A stretch of 64,000 nt of DNA from Pseudomonadales bacterium (GTDB lineage: Bacteria > Pseudomonadota > Gammaproteobacteria > Pseudomonadales > GM7GCV1), in the NCBI GenBank assembly GCA_965222065.1, contig OZ244933.1:1586924-1650923 (forward strand), in the 5' to 3' direction. The translations under genes and the position numbers were made by a program. Under the pieces are notes generated by a model. It was not told the origin of the DNA. It did no database searches and worked only from the letters and a program-made list of their open reading frames with translations. This document shows positions 29,020 to 38,844 of this stretch, one piece after another. The stretch's first letter is position 1, and every line of letters starts with the position of its first letter.

Positions 29020-29111
29020 GGCCCGCTTGCCAATAGCCTGTTACTACTTATTCACCAACAAACCCTGCTTCCACGCTACACTGTTAAAAACGGGGAAATA
29101 GTGAAGAAGAC

Positions 29112-30590
29112 GTGCTTTCCAGCTTTAAATTAAGAATACCGCAGATCGTATTGCGGCGATCATTGCCGGTAAGCCCCCCAAACCCGGTAGACGTCTATCT
29201 TGACTATGAGAAACCGGTAGCCAAAACCAGTGGCCGCTATCTTTCTTACTCCATTGATATCTCGGTTCTGGCCGGTGGCTTCTGGTGGGAAGGAAGCCTG
29301 GGCATGCGTGCAGGTCTGGGCACACTGCGAGTGGCACCTCTTCGCATCAAGCGGCGCAAACTGGATCGCCTGGTAAGCGCACTTGGTCCCGCCTATTTGC
29401 GTGTTGGGGGTTCAGAAGCGGACAAGATTCATTACTTTTTTCCACAGTTCGAAGAAAAAAACCCGTTAATTCTCACCAAAAAGCAGTGGCGGCGATTGCA
29501 CGCGTTTGTGAAGCGCAACGATCTCAAACTGATTTTCACCTGTAAGTACGGCCTGTTTCGACGCAAGCATCACGGCAACTGGCATGGGACCGAGCTGGAG
29601 GAATTGCTGGAATACAGCAGGAAGAAAAATTTCCGGATTGACGTCTTTGAACTGGGCAACGAGCTAAATGCCTACTGGGCCTTTCACGGGTTTACTTCCC
29701 AACCAGGCCCCAAAAACCTGGCGCGGGATTACGTCACCTTCGCCGAGCTGGTAAGACAGTATTACCCGAACGCACGAATTTCCGGTCCGGGCAGTGCCTT
29801 CTGGCCGAAACTGGGTGAAACCATACGCCCGTTTACCAACCTGACCGAAAGCTTTCTGAAACGAATTAGCATCCCGCTGGATATCATCAATTGGCATTAT
29901 TATCCCTTCCAAAGTGAACGTGCGCCCCTGCGAACCAGGGCGGCGAAAATAAAGCACCTGATCGACCCCAAATCCTTTGCAGATTATGGCCGCTACTGTG
30001 AGCGACTCAGCGCACTGCGTGATAGCTTGCAACCCCAGGCGGAAATCTGGACAGGCGAGACAGGTTCGGCCCAGTGTGGTGGCCAGCCCTATCTTTCCGA
30101 CCGCTGGGCCTCCAGCTTCTGGTGGGCAGACCAACTCGGCCAGGGTGCCCGTCTCGGTCAAAAGGTGATGGTTCGCCAGGCATTGATTGGCGGTGATTAC
30201 GGCCTGATCGATCGTTTTACCCTGAAACCAAGACCGGATTACTGGGTTAGCTGGGTTTGGCAACAAATGATGGGCAAGGCAGTTTATAAGGCAGAATCCA
30301 GTGATCCCTATGTCCGGGCGTATCTTCACCGACATCGCAATGGCAAGGACCTGGCGCTCATGCTGATTAATGTAAGCCATGAGCCCAAAGAGTTCCATTT
30401 GAACGGCGAGCTTATTGTTGCCGAGAGCTATGTTCTCACTGCAAAGAAACTTACCAGCCGAAAGATTCGAATTAACAATACCAAACCGCGCATTAACAAG
30501 GGCAAAGTCGAACTGGAAAATTTTTCCGGCCCCGCTTTGCGTTCACAGCTACCTGCGTTCAGCATCAGTTTTTTGCGCATCAATCCATGA
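29112..30590 (+). CDS. glycoside hydrolase family 79-like (heparanase / beta-glucuronidase-like) protein
   Basis: (beta/alpha)8-type pattern with LRVGGSEAD, the acid/base motif ELGNELN (Glu184, nt 29661-29663) and the nucleophile motif WTGETGS (Glu316, nt 30057-30059), as in GH79. No N-terminal signal peptide is visible. Confidence 0.6.
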   Translation: MLSSFKLRIPQIVLRRSLPVSPPNPVDVYLDYEKPVAKTSGRYLSYSIDISVLAGGFWWEGSLGMRAGLGTLRVAPLRIKRRKLDRLVSALGPAYLRVGGSEADKIHYFFPQFEEKNPLILTKKQWRRLHAFVKRNDLKLIFTCKYGLFRRKHHGNWHGTELEELLEYSRKKNFRIDVFELGNELNAYWAFHGFTSQPGPKNLARDYVTFAELVRQYYPNARISGPGSAFWPKLGETIRPFTNLTESFLKRISIPLDIINWHYYPFQSERAPLRTRAAKIKHLIDPKSFADYGRYCERLSALRDSLQPQAEIWTGETGSAQCGGQPYLSDRWASSFWWADQLGQGARLGQKVMVRQALIGGDYGLIDRFTLKPRPDYWVSWVWQQMMGKAVYKAESSDPYVRAYLHRHRNGKDLALMLINVSHEPKEFHLNGELIVAESYVLTAKKLTSRKIRINNTKPRINKGKVELENFSGPALRSQLPAFSISFLRINP

Positions 30591-30623
30591 AACGCTATTT
30601 ATTTAACCTATCCGGGAAAGAGA

Positions 30624-31244
30624 ATGAGTAACCCCGCCAAATTCTGGGACGGAATCGCTGAGCGCTATGCCAAAGCGCCAGTCAAAGACGAAGCTGCCTA
30701 CCAGCATAAACTTGAAATAACACGTGAATATTTGGATCCGAAGACGAATGTACTCGAATTTGGTTGTGGCACAGGTTCAACAGCGATCGCTCACGCACCC
30801 TTCGTGAACCATATCCTGGCCATTGATATTTCATCCGGGATGCTGGATATCGCCAAAGAAAAAGCCCTGGAGGCCAACATCACCAATATTGAATTCCGAC
30901 AGGCCGGGATCAATGAACTTGCCGTCCCGGGTAAACTGTTTGATGTGGTAATGGCGCACAGCATTCTTCACCTGGTACCCGACCGGGAAGAAGTCATCCG
31001 AAAAGTGGCAGATGTCCTTAAGCCTGGCGGTATTTTTGTTTCCAGCACTCACTGCCTGGGTGATTCCTCGATCCTGTTCAGGCTGATTTTGCCTGTCGCC
31101 CGTTTTTTACGATTGGCCCCCCTGGTCAGGGTGTTTACCAGGAAAGAACTGGCAAAAAGCATCAAGGCAAATGGTTTTACTATTGTCTATCAATGGCGTC
31201 CCAGGAAAGGTGGGGCGGAATTTATTGTCGCGCAAAAGTACTAG
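30624..31244 (+). CDS. class I SAM-dependent methyltransferase
   Basis: Motif I VLEFGCGTGS and post-I/II motifs. 206 aa. Confidence 0.85.
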   Translation: MSNPAKFWDGIAERYAKAPVKDEAAYQHKLEITREYLDPKTNVLEFGCGTGSTAIAHAPFVNHILAIDISSGMLDIAKEKALEANITNIEFRQAGINELAVPGKLFDVVMAHSILHLVPDREEVIRKVADVLKPGGIFVSSTHCLGDSSILFRLILPVARFLRLAPLVRVFTRKELAKSIKANGFTIVYQWRPRKGGAEFIVAQKY

Positions 31245-31259
31245 TCGCATCGGGAGTCT

Positions 31260-31604
31260 ATGGTGATGAATTTTATTGACTGGAACGACTTTCAAAATGT
31301 CGACATTCGGGTAGGCACGATTATTGAGGCAGAGGACTTCCCGGAAGCGCGCCAGCCGGCTTATAAGCTTAGAGTCGATTTTGGTCCGGAAATCGGTATT
31401 CGCAAATCCAGCGCGCAAATAACCGACTTGTATGAAAAAGAGAGCCTGTTAGGCAAACAGGTTTTGGCGGTGGTGAATTTCCCACCAAAACAAATCGGAC
31501 CATTTATGTCTGAATGTCTGGTCACCGGCTTTCATCGTCCGGATGGTTCAGTGGTACTTTCCACGGTGGATATGGATCTGCCAAACGGGGTCAGACTGGC
31601 TTAA
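31260..31604 (+). CDS. tRNA-binding protein (CsaA/YgjH-like OB fold)
   Basis: [28 protein letters not shown]...[19 protein letters not shown] is typical of CsaA/EMAP-II-like tRNA-binding domains. Confidence 0.85.
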   Translation: MVMNFIDWNDFQNVDIRVGTIIEAEDFPEARQPAYKLRVDFGPEIGIRKSSAQITDLYEKESLLGKQVLAVVNFPPKQIGPFMSECLVTGFHRPDGSVVLSTVDMDLPNGVRLA

Positions 31605-31615
31605 AGGCAAGACAA

Positions 31616-32101
31616 GTGGGGACAGTTCACGTTGTACTTGCCATCACTTGCCTGTTACTCGGGGCAATGGTTTTTTTGCAGAAAAAAGGCGGAGAAAGAC
31701 ATCGGCTGTTGGGCTACCTCTACAGTATCGCACTCTTGGTGGTAAATCTCAGTGCGCTGACCGTTTACGAAGACTCGGCCGGCCCGGGGCCATTCCACTA
31801 TCTTGCATTAATCAGTCTGGCAACCATAAGCGCCGGCTTTATAACGGCTTTTTTACGCAAGCCCGCTCAATGGATGAGCATGCATGCCTACTTTATGAGC
31901 TGGTCTTATGTGGGCCTTGTGGCCGCCGGTATCGCACAAATAATTACTGAACTTTTTCCTCTCTCAACTGCATTTACCGTTGCATTGCCCTCGGCGTTTA
32001 TTATCGCTGTTGGTGCAATAATGATTCATCTAAGAACGCCAAGAATCATTGCAACACTGTCACCACTCAATTTTACGAAAAATAGCCGGGAAAGAATTTA
32101 A
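31616..32101 (+). CDS. hypothetical membrane protein
   Basis: In-frame GTG at 31616, just after the csaA stop. About 5 TM helices. The stop overlaps the next gene's ATG by 1 nt (TAATG). Confidence 0.5.
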   Translation: MGTVHVVLAITCLLLGAMVFLQKKGGERHRLLGYLYSIALLVVNLSALTVYEDSAGPGPFHYLALISLATISAGFITAFLRKPAQWMSMHAYFMSWSYVGLVAAGIAQIITELFPLSTAFTVALPSAFIIAVGAIMIHLRTPRIIATLSPLNFTKNSRERI

Positions 32102-32808
32102 TGGATAAGGAAGTCAGCCGTGCAAAAACATTGGTGATTTTTATTCTTACCATTATTTTCGGCTTTATTTTATTTGCTTTGCCAAACCTTTTTTTTGGTA
32201 TCACAAGGATTAACGGTGGTCTGGCCGGCGTAAATTTATTATTTATTGCACTCTTTCAACTCCTTACTGTTTGTTCGTTAATCTATTTATCGCTTCGATT
32301 GTTGAAGAAGGATTTTCGTTATATCGGCTGGTCGGGAAAGCATTGGGCCAGGGACAGTTTGATTGGATTGTTTTTCGGTCTGGGATGGGCAGCACTGCAA
32401 CTCGGATTGATTATTCCAAATACTGGTGGGGCTGAGAGAGAAGACATAGCCCAAATAATTACCATGTTTGACGGCTCACTATTAGGGCTTTTTTCTTTTA
32501 TTGCCCTGGGTGTAATCGGGGGCGGCATTACGGAAGAGATTTTTAACCGTGGCTACTTTATAGCTGTTTTAAAAGACTGCTTTCATAATCCCGAAATCGG
32601 GCTTTGGGTCGCTGCGACCTTGTCGATTCTATTTTTTGCTATCGGCCATTTACCAAAAGATATGCTGGGTTGGTTTGATATTCTGGTTCCAACGATCACC
32701 TATACTGTTTTATTTTTATACACAAAGCGATTAACTGCGCCCGTGGTAGCCCATGGGACATACAACATGGTAGCCATCTTATTAACTTACTTAATCTATG
32801 CTCATTAG
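32101..32808 (+). CDS. CPBP family intramembrane glutamic endopeptidase (CAAX protease-like)
   Basis: Motif EEIFNRGY, a downstream FxxxH (FAIGH) and the HGTYN motif in a polytopic protein. Confidence 0.8.
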   Translation: MDKEVSRAKTLVIFILTIIFGFILFALPNLFFGITRINGGLAGVNLLFIALFQLLTVCSLIYLSLRLLKKDFRYIGWSGKHWARDSLIGLFFGLGWAALQLGLIIPNTGGAEREDIAQIITMFDGSLLGLFSFIALGVIGGGITEEIFNRGYFIAVLKDCFHNPEIGLWVAATLSILFFAIGHLPKDMLGWFDILVPTITYTVLFLYTKRLTAPVVAHGTYNMVAILLTYLIYAH

Positions 32809-32898
32809 CAGCTTCAGGCTTTTTCTGGCTACTCCCTACCAGATCCAGGCTGACTGGTTTTTTCGTAGAACAATATAAATTGTAAGGTCATTTCAACC

Positions 32899-33396
32899 AT
32901 GTCGGGTTTTTCCAAACCCCAACAACTTTTCGGATTTCTAGGCTGGCTCGCATTGAGTTTTCTAACCGCTGCCCTGGGAAGCGTCGCTTCTGTGCAAGCG
33001 AGATCATTTTATGCCGAGCTTTCCCAGCCTGTGTGGGCTCCCCCAGGCTGGCTATTTGGTCCCGTATGGACAACGCTCTACCTGATGATGGCCATTGCGG
33101 CCTGGCTGGTATGGCGACGGGGCGGATTTTCGATGACCCGTTTGGCGCTGACCATTTTTGTTATCCAGCTGGCAGTCAATGCCCTGTGGAGCTGGCTATT
33201 TTTTGCCTGGCATTTGGGTGGTGCCGCCTTTGTCGATATCCTGGTTTTAATTGCATTAATTGCGCTAACCACGTTTCATTTCTGGCAACACAGCCGTGCG
33301 GCTGCCTTATTGCTAATACCCTATTTTTGCTGGGTATGTTTTGCCGCGTTTCTAAACTACAACGTCTGGCAGATGAACCACGCTCTGCTAGGCTAA
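32899..33396 (+). CDS. tspO: TspO/MBR tryptophan-rich sensory protein
   Basis: 165 aa, 5 TM, W-rich. PPGWLFGPVWTTLYLMMAIAAW and NALWSWLFF are characteristic of TspO. Confidence 0.85.
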   Translation: MSGFSKPQQLFGFLGWLALSFLTAALGSVASVQARSFYAELSQPVWAPPGWLFGPVWTTLYLMMAIAAWLVWRRGGFSMTRLALTIFVIQLAVNALWSWLFFAWHLGGAAFVDILVLIALIALTTFHFWQHSRAAALLLIPYFCWVCFAAFLNYNVWQMNHALLG

Positions 33397-33447
33397 AAGT
33401 GAAAGAGCGTCATTTCCCATTAATCCTGTAAAAAAACAAGACTGTCT

Positions 33448-34767
33448 ATGAAGAACAAAACTGTCGGGGCATCAGAGCGTGCCGCCCAACTGGCCTGGGA
33501 TTTATTAACTGCCGAGGATGACGGCCGGGTTTGCAGGGATATTCCCGAAAGTGCATGTAACGATCAGCCCAAAAATTTTGTCACCCATATTATTGCTTTG
33601 TCGATGACCAAGTTGGCGGATGGCCTGTTAAACCCCAAACTGATTTTGAGCTGGATATTAAGCAGTCTTGGCGCACCTGCCTATTTTGTTGGCTGGCTGG
33701 TACCCATACGTGAGGCCGGAGCGCTCTTACCACAGCTGTTTATAGCCAGTTATATTCGCTCATTGCCTGTACGCAAGACCGTCTGGACACTGGGCAGTAT
33801 TGTTCAGGGTATTTGTGCCACGGGAATCGCTCTGGCGGCTCTGAATCTTGAAGGATTTGAACTTGGTTTGACCGTGGTCTCTCTTCTGGCGGTATTGGCC
33901 CTGGCACGAAGCCTGTGCTCGGTTTCCTATAAAGATGTGTTGGGTAAAACGGTCGGCAAATCAAAACGCGGCACAGCCACAGGAACTGCCAGCTCTATCG
34001 CTGCCAGTGGCGTTTTAGCCTATGCACTTGCGCTCTCCTCTGGCTGGTTTGACACGCAGGACCTATTGATAGCAGGCCTGTTTTTAGCCGGGGCACTTTG
34101 GATAACGGCGAGCCTGTTGTTTACCCGGTTGACCGAAGAAGAGGGCGCAACTGAGGGTGGAGGCAACCCCTATCGCCTGGCTCTGGAGAATATTGGTTCC
34201 CTGGCAAGAGACAGACAGCTCCTCCTGTTTATCTTCACGCGAGCATTACTTATTGCCACCGCGCTGGCACCACCTTTTATGGTGGCACTGAATGCTGGCA
34301 ACGCTACGGGAGGTCTGTCGCAACTGGGCCTGCTTCTGCTGGCGTCCTCACTGGCCGGCCTGGGCAGCAGTTATGTCTGGGGCCGACTGGCTGATAGATC
34401 AAGTCGCTGGGTCCTGATACTGGCGGCGATAATGGGCTCTTTCACGCTTTTTTTGACCGTGCTGCTGGCCCAGTCTGATCTGATGAAAACCTGGTGGCTA
34501 CTTCCCTCGCTTTTGTTTGGCCTGATGGTTGCCTACGAAGGGGTACGGCTGGGACGCTCAACCCATCTGGTGGATATGGCCAGCGAAGATCAGCGTGCCC
34601 TGTATACGGCGTTATCCAACACAATTATCGGTATCCTTTTGTTCCTTGGCGGTTTTTTCAGTCTGGTTGCCAACGCCTACGGGTCTGTAGCTGTATTGGC
34701 GATATTTGCGATGATGTGCCTTCTTGCCACCATTCCTGCCTTTCTTATGAAAGAAGCCCAGACATAG
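33448..34767 (+). CDS. MFS transporter
   Basis: 439 aa, about 12 TM segments, with a GRLADR loop motif (WGRLADRSSR). Confidence 0.75.
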   Translation: MKNKTVGASERAAQLAWDLLTAEDDGRVCRDIPESACNDQPKNFVTHIIALSMTKLADGLLNPKLILSWILSSLGAPAYFVGWLVPIREAGALLPQLFIASYIRSLPVRKTVWTLGSIVQGICATGIALAALNLEGFELGLTVVSLLAVLALARSLCSVSYKDVLGKTVGKSKRGTATGTASSIAASGVLAYALALSSGWFDTQDLLIAGLFLAGALWITASLLFTRLTEEEGATEGGGNPYRLALENIGSLARDRQLLLFIFTRALLIATALAPPFMVALNAGNATGGLSQLGLLLLASSLAGLGSSYVWGRLADRSSRWVLILAAIMGSFTLFLTVLLAQSDLMKTWWLLPSLLFGLMVAYEGVRLGRSTHLVDMASEDQRALYTALSNTIIGILLFLGGFFSLVANAYGSVAVLAIFAMMCLLATIPAFLMKEAQT

Positions 34768-34834
34768 TTGATGGCACAACCTGGATAAGTGTGCTCAAAT
34801 CAGGATCCATTAATCCTGGTAACGGAGAACAGCC

Positions 34835-35257
34835 ATGGTCGAAGCAACCACCCTCACCGGAAGCTGCCTTTGTGGCGCCGTAAAGATTACTGCAAATAAG
34901 CCCAGTTATAAGGTAGGTGCATGCCATTGCGGTATGTGTCGAAAGTGGGGCGGTGGTCCTTATATGGAGATTAACTGTGGCCCGGACGTTTCTTTTGAAG
35001 GCAAGGAACACATCCAGGTATATAACTCATCAGACTGGTCGGAGCGCGGTTTTTGTCACCAATGTGGCAGTCATCTGTTTTATCGGTTAAAAGAGGATGG
35101 GCAACACATGGTGCCCGTCGGACTCTTTGATGACCAGGAACAATTCGTCTTTGAACATCAGGTATTCATAGATAAAAAACCTTCGTTTTACAGCTTCTCA
35201 AACAATACAAAAAACATGACAGAAGACGAAGTATTTAAAATGTTTGGGGCTTCCTGA
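34835..35257 (+). CDS. GFA (glutathione-dependent formaldehyde-activating / CENP-V) family protein
   Basis: GSCLCGAV...CHCGMCRKWGGGP...FCHQCGSHL is the Zn-binding Cys pattern of the GFA domain. Confidence 0.8.
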   Translation: MVEATTLTGSCLCGAVKITANKPSYKVGACHCGMCRKWGGGPYMEINCGPDVSFEGKEHIQVYNSSDWSERGFCHQCGSHLFYRLKEDGQHMVPVGLFDDQEQFVFEHQVFIDKKPSFYSFSNNTKNMTEDEVFKMFGAS

Positions 35258-35270
35258 CGTGAGTGACGCA

Positions 35271-35471
35271 ATGAAAATACTCGTTATTTGCCTAGTCTTT
35301 CTGTCTCTTGCAAGTTGCTCAAACAGGGGCATCTACGAGGGAGTTCAAGCCGGCAACCGATTTGAATGTTCAAAGCTCCCGCCAACTCAATACGATGAAT
35401 GTATGAGTCGTGCCAATACACCTTATGCAGAGTACGAGCGCGAACGAAAGGAAGCCCTGGAAAAAGAATAA
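35271..35471 (+). CDS. small lipoprotein
   Basis: 66 aa, MKILVICLVFLSLASCSN lipobox. Function unknown. Confidence 0.5.
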   Translation: MKILVICLVFLSLASCSNRGIYEGVQAGNRFECSKLPPTQYDECMSRANTPYAEYERERKEALEKE

Positions 35472-35492
35472 AGCCCTGGGGAAGAATGTTGC

Positions 35493-36068
35493 ATGCAGGA
35501 CATAAAATCACTTGACCAACAGCGTCATGAATTTGCGCAGAGACGTTTAATCGCCACGCCCATTGCCGGACTCATTGCCTGGACAATCATTGGTCTTTGC
35601 TCTCTTTTCCTGGACCCTTTCGCCCTCTCCATGGTTTTATTTGTAGCGACAGGCACTATCGTTTACCTGGGTATGTTTGTCTCAAAATTCACCGGTGAGA
35701 ACTTTCTCGATAAAAACAGGCCGCGCAATAGCTTTGATTCCCTCTTTTTCTACACTGTCGGCATGTCGGTTCTGGTCTATGCGATCGCCATTCCTTTCTT
35801 TCTTGTGGATTACTCCTCATTACCACTCTCTGTTGGCATCCTGACGGGCTTAATGTGGCTACCCATTTCATGGATTATTCAGCACTGGATTGGTTGGGTT
35901 CATGCCATCGCCAGGACAGCAGCTATCCTGCTTGTCTGGTATCTGTTCCCGGAACATCGTTTCTTGGCGGTATCCCTGGTGATTGTCTTGTTATATATCT
36001 TTGCCATCAGTGTGCTGGAGAACCGCTGGCAGCGTATTCAAAAACAGCAACATGAGAATCCAGCCTGA
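35493..36068 (+). CDS. hypothetical membrane protein
   Basis: 191 aa, about 5 TM segments. No recognisable motif. Confidence 0.5.
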   Translation: MQDIKSLDQQRHEFAQRRLIATPIAGLIAWTIIGLCSLFLDPFALSMVLFVATGTIVYLGMFVSKFTGENFLDKNRPRNSFDSLFFYTVGMSVLVYAIAIPFFLVDYSSLPLSVGILTGLMWLPISWIIQHWIGWVHAIARTAAILLVWYLFPEHRFLAVSLVIVLLYIFAISVLENRWQRIQKQQHENPA

Positions 36069-36077
36069 GAGGAAAAG

Positions 36078-36560
36078 TTGAAGCGAATCGTTATCTTTGG
36101 AAATTCCGGTTCCGGAAAGTCCACTCTCGCAAGGAAACTAAAAGACGCCGAAAACCTGGCCCATCTCGACCTGGATACTGTGGCCTGGTTGCCTGTATCT
36201 CCACCCACGAGAGCCCCTGTCAACGAATCGAAAGCAGTGATTGATGATTTTATCGAGACGAACAAATGCTGGGTCATTGAAGGCTGTTATTCGGATTTAC
36301 TGGATCTTGCCATTCCCGAGGCTACTGAGATCATCTATATGAATTTATCCGTAGAAGCATGCATAGCCAATGCAAAAAACCGCCCCTGGGAGCCTCACAA
36401 ATATGAATCCAGGGAAGCTCAGGATGCCAATTTGGAAATGTTGATCGACTGGATAGCCCAATATGCAGAGCGGCAGGATAGTTTCTCCAAAACAGCACAC
36501 AAAACCCTGTTTGATCAATATGGGGGGAAGAAAACCATGCACAGGCAAAACCTGCCGTAA
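36078..36560 (+). CDS. P-loop NTPase / adenylate-kinase-like protein (FlaR / shikimate-kinase-like annotation class)
   Basis: Walker A GNSGSGKST at the N-terminus. 160 aa, TTG start. Confidence 0.65.
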   Translation: MKRIVIFGNSGSGKSTLARKLKDAENLAHLDLDTVAWLPVSPPTRAPVNESKAVIDDFIETNKCWVIEGCYSDLLDLAIPEATEIIYMNLSVEACIANAKNRPWEPHKYESREAQDANLEMLIDWIAQYAERQDSFSKTAHKTLFDQYGGKKTMHRQNLP

Positions 36561-36714
36561 GCAAAGTGCCTCTTATCGCCCCCTGTTATCCTGGTTATTA
36601 ATTAACTATTATTCTTAAAAGGTTCTGCACACACTTGATGCGCAGGCCCCAAAAGGTTGGCTATACCTGATGCAGGTCTGATTCCACTAATACCAAAATC
36701 AAGAGGGAAACGTT

Positions 36715-37122
36715 ATGGAAAATTTTCTGGAACTTTGGCGACCTCGCGTGCTTAGCATTATGCGCATCGTGACGGGCTTTCTGTTTATCCAGCATGGCAC
36801 CATGAAGATGTTTGGCTGGCCGTTGCCCCAGCGCGGTGAGTTTGTATTGTTCTCACTTTCTGGCACTGCAGGGGTTCTTGAAGTATTCGGCGGACTGTTA
36901 ATTATGATCGGCCTGTTCACCCGCTCAACCGCTTTCGTCATGTCCGGTCTGATGGCCTTTGCCTACTTTCTGGCCCATGCACCACAAGGTTTCCTGCCAA
37001 TTACCAATGGCGGCGAACTTGCCACGGTTTGGTCGTTTTTGTTTCTCTACCTGGCCTTTGCAGGTGGTGGTGAATGGAGTGTTGACCAGTTTCTGGCAAA
37101 CAGGAAACAGGGAGCTGCATAA
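36715..37122 (+). CDS. DoxX family membrane protein
   Basis: 135 aa, RIVTGFLFIQHGTMKMFG and 4 TM segments, typical of DoxX. Confidence 0.8.
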   Translation: MENFLELWRPRVLSIMRIVTGFLFIQHGTMKMFGWPLPQRGEFVLFSLSGTAGVLEVFGGLLIMIGLFTRSTAFVMSGLMAFAYFLAHAPQGFLPITNGGELATVWSFLFLYLAFAGGGEWSVDQFLANRKQGAA

Positions 37123-37202
37123 ATCAGAAACACCCTGACTTCGCTCCGAATCCAGGTTGCCGCATAAATAATCACCTGCTTGCCAATTGTGGGAAAGACG
37201 TA

Positions 37203-37793
37203 ATGATTAAGCTCCCGGGCGCATATCGGCAGGCAAGTGTGGGCGATGCACTTGCCATGGCAGAACTGGTCAACATGGCTGGCGAGGGATTGCCTTTTTA
37301 TTTATGGAGCCAGCTGGCTTTAGATAATCAGACTGCCTGGGACGTCGGCAAGGAACGGGCTCGACGCGAAACCGGTGGCTTTTCTTACAGGAATACCATT
37401 GTACGCGTGGAGTCCGATCAGGTTATTGCCGCACTCATCGGCTACCCGATCGACGAGGATCCAGAGCCTGTTGACTACGCCTCTCTTCCACCGCTTTTTG
37501 CCCCCCTCCAGACACTTGAGGACATGGCGCCAGGCACCTGGTACGTCAATGTCCTGGCGACCTACCCCGACTTTCGCGGAAAAGGCTACGGCAGCGAATT
37601 GCTCACTATCGCCGAGACCATCGCGAGGGATACTGGCAGACACGGACTAAGCATTATTGTGGCAGATACCAACAAGACCGCACGACGACTGTATGAGCGC
37701 CATGGCTATCATGAGAAGGCCCGTAAACCCCTCGTAAAAGAACAGTTTCAACACCCTGGAAAAGAGTGGGTATTGCTGGTGAAGATCTTTTAA
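37203..37793 (+). CDS. GNAT family N-acetyltransferase
   Basis: Acetyl-CoA binding motif FRGKGYGSELL and RRLYERHGY. Confidence 0.8.
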   Translation: MIKLPGAYRQASVGDALAMAELVNMAGEGLPFYLWSQLALDNQTAWDVGKERARRETGGFSYRNTIVRVESDQVIAALIGYPIDEDPEPVDYASLPPLFAPLQTLEDMAPGTWYVNVLATYPDFRGKGYGSELLTIAETIARDTGRHGLSIIVADTNKTARRLYERHGYHEKARKPLVKEQFQHPGKEWVLLVKIF

Positions 37794-37918
37794 CAGTGCG
37801 GATTTCTCATCATTCTTGTATTTCCCTGATCTGATTCCTGTTCCTTGCTGTTCGTGTTCAAGGTAAATCCGTAAAATTGCGTCTGTCTGCTTATCTGCCC
37901 AGCCAAAAGGGGTCATTA

Positions 37919-38182
37919 ATGTTTGCAATAAATATGGTTTCGCTTTTGGGGCTGATAGCCGCTTTCTGTACCACTTTTGCCTTTGTTCCCCAGGCATTGC
38001 GCATCATTAAAACCCGCCATACCAAAGACCTGTCACTTGGCATGTACATCATTTTTTCGCTCGGTGTTCTTTTGTGGTTAATTTATGGCTTTCTGCAAAT
38101 GGATATTCCCATCATGCTCGCAAATTTTGTGACCTTTATTTTTAGCTTCACGATTTTACTCATGAAGCTAAAATACAAATAA
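37919..38182 (+). CDS. SemiSWEET (PQ-loop) transporter
   Basis: 87 aa, 3 TM, with the PQ motif FVPQALRIIKTRHTKDLSL. Confidence 0.75.
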   Translation: MFAINMVSLLGLIAAFCTTFAFVPQALRIIKTRHTKDLSLGMYIIFSLGVLLWLIYGFLQMDIPIMLANFVTFIFSFTILLMKLKYK

Positions 38183-38195
38183 ACTGTACACGCAG

Positions 38196-38627
38196 ATGAA
38201 CACCCTCGAGATTCAATACGGGTCCGCTGCCTACCGCGAATGCCTTGCCTTGCGCAATGCGGTTTTAAGAGCACCTCTGGGTATGGAACTGTCTGAGGAA
38301 GATGTTGCCGGGGAACATGAACATCTGCATGTGGGCATTTTTCAGGGACAGCAATTAATGGGCTGTATCATTGCCAAACCGATTGAAGCAGGACGGCTAG
38401 CCAAAATACGGCAAATGGTGATAGCGTCGGAAGCACAGGGGAAAGGATTTGGTCATCGGCTTCTTCGCGATACTGAATCATTGCTAAAGGCACGGGGGTT
38501 TAGTGAGGTAGAGCTCAATGCCCGAAAAACTGCCATTCCTTTCTATGAAAAACAGGGTTACAAAGGCGTTGGGGATTTTTTTGACCGCCTTGGCCTTCCA
38601 CACTTAAAGATGCAAAAAATATTGTGA
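38196..38627 (+). CDS. GNAT family N-acetyltransferase
   Basis: QGKGFGHRLL motif and FYEKQGY. 143 aa. Confidence 0.8.
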   Translation: MNTLEIQYGSAAYRECLALRNAVLRAPLGMELSEEDVAGEHEHLHVGIFQGQQLMGCIIAKPIEAGRLAKIRQMVIASEAQGKGFGHRLLRDTESLLKARGFSEVELNARKTAIPFYEKQGYKGVGDFFDRLGLPHLKMQKIL

Positions 38628-38839
38628 AAAAAGTACTCAATTTTCTATTAATCATTAATGGCATTCTTCTCATCATCGTTGGAGCCATGCTGGCTTTGAT
38701 GCCTTTTTTGCAGACCATGAACACTGGGACAGAGAATACCGAACAGTCGCTGCTACCCATTCTGGTGTTGGGGCTTGTCCTGACTGCCGGCGGCGGATTT
38801 TTGCTTACCAAAGGAGTAAAGAAGCTCAAGAAGTTATAG
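38624..38839 (+). CDS. small membrane protein
   Basis: 71 aa, 2 TM. GTG start overlaps the GNAT stop by 4 nt. Coding status is only moderately supported. Confidence 0.4.
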   Translation: MKKVLNFLLIINGILLIIVGAMLALMPFLQTMNTGTENTEQSLLPILVLGLVLTAGGGFLLTKGVKKLKKL

Positions 38840-38844
38840 GCCCT

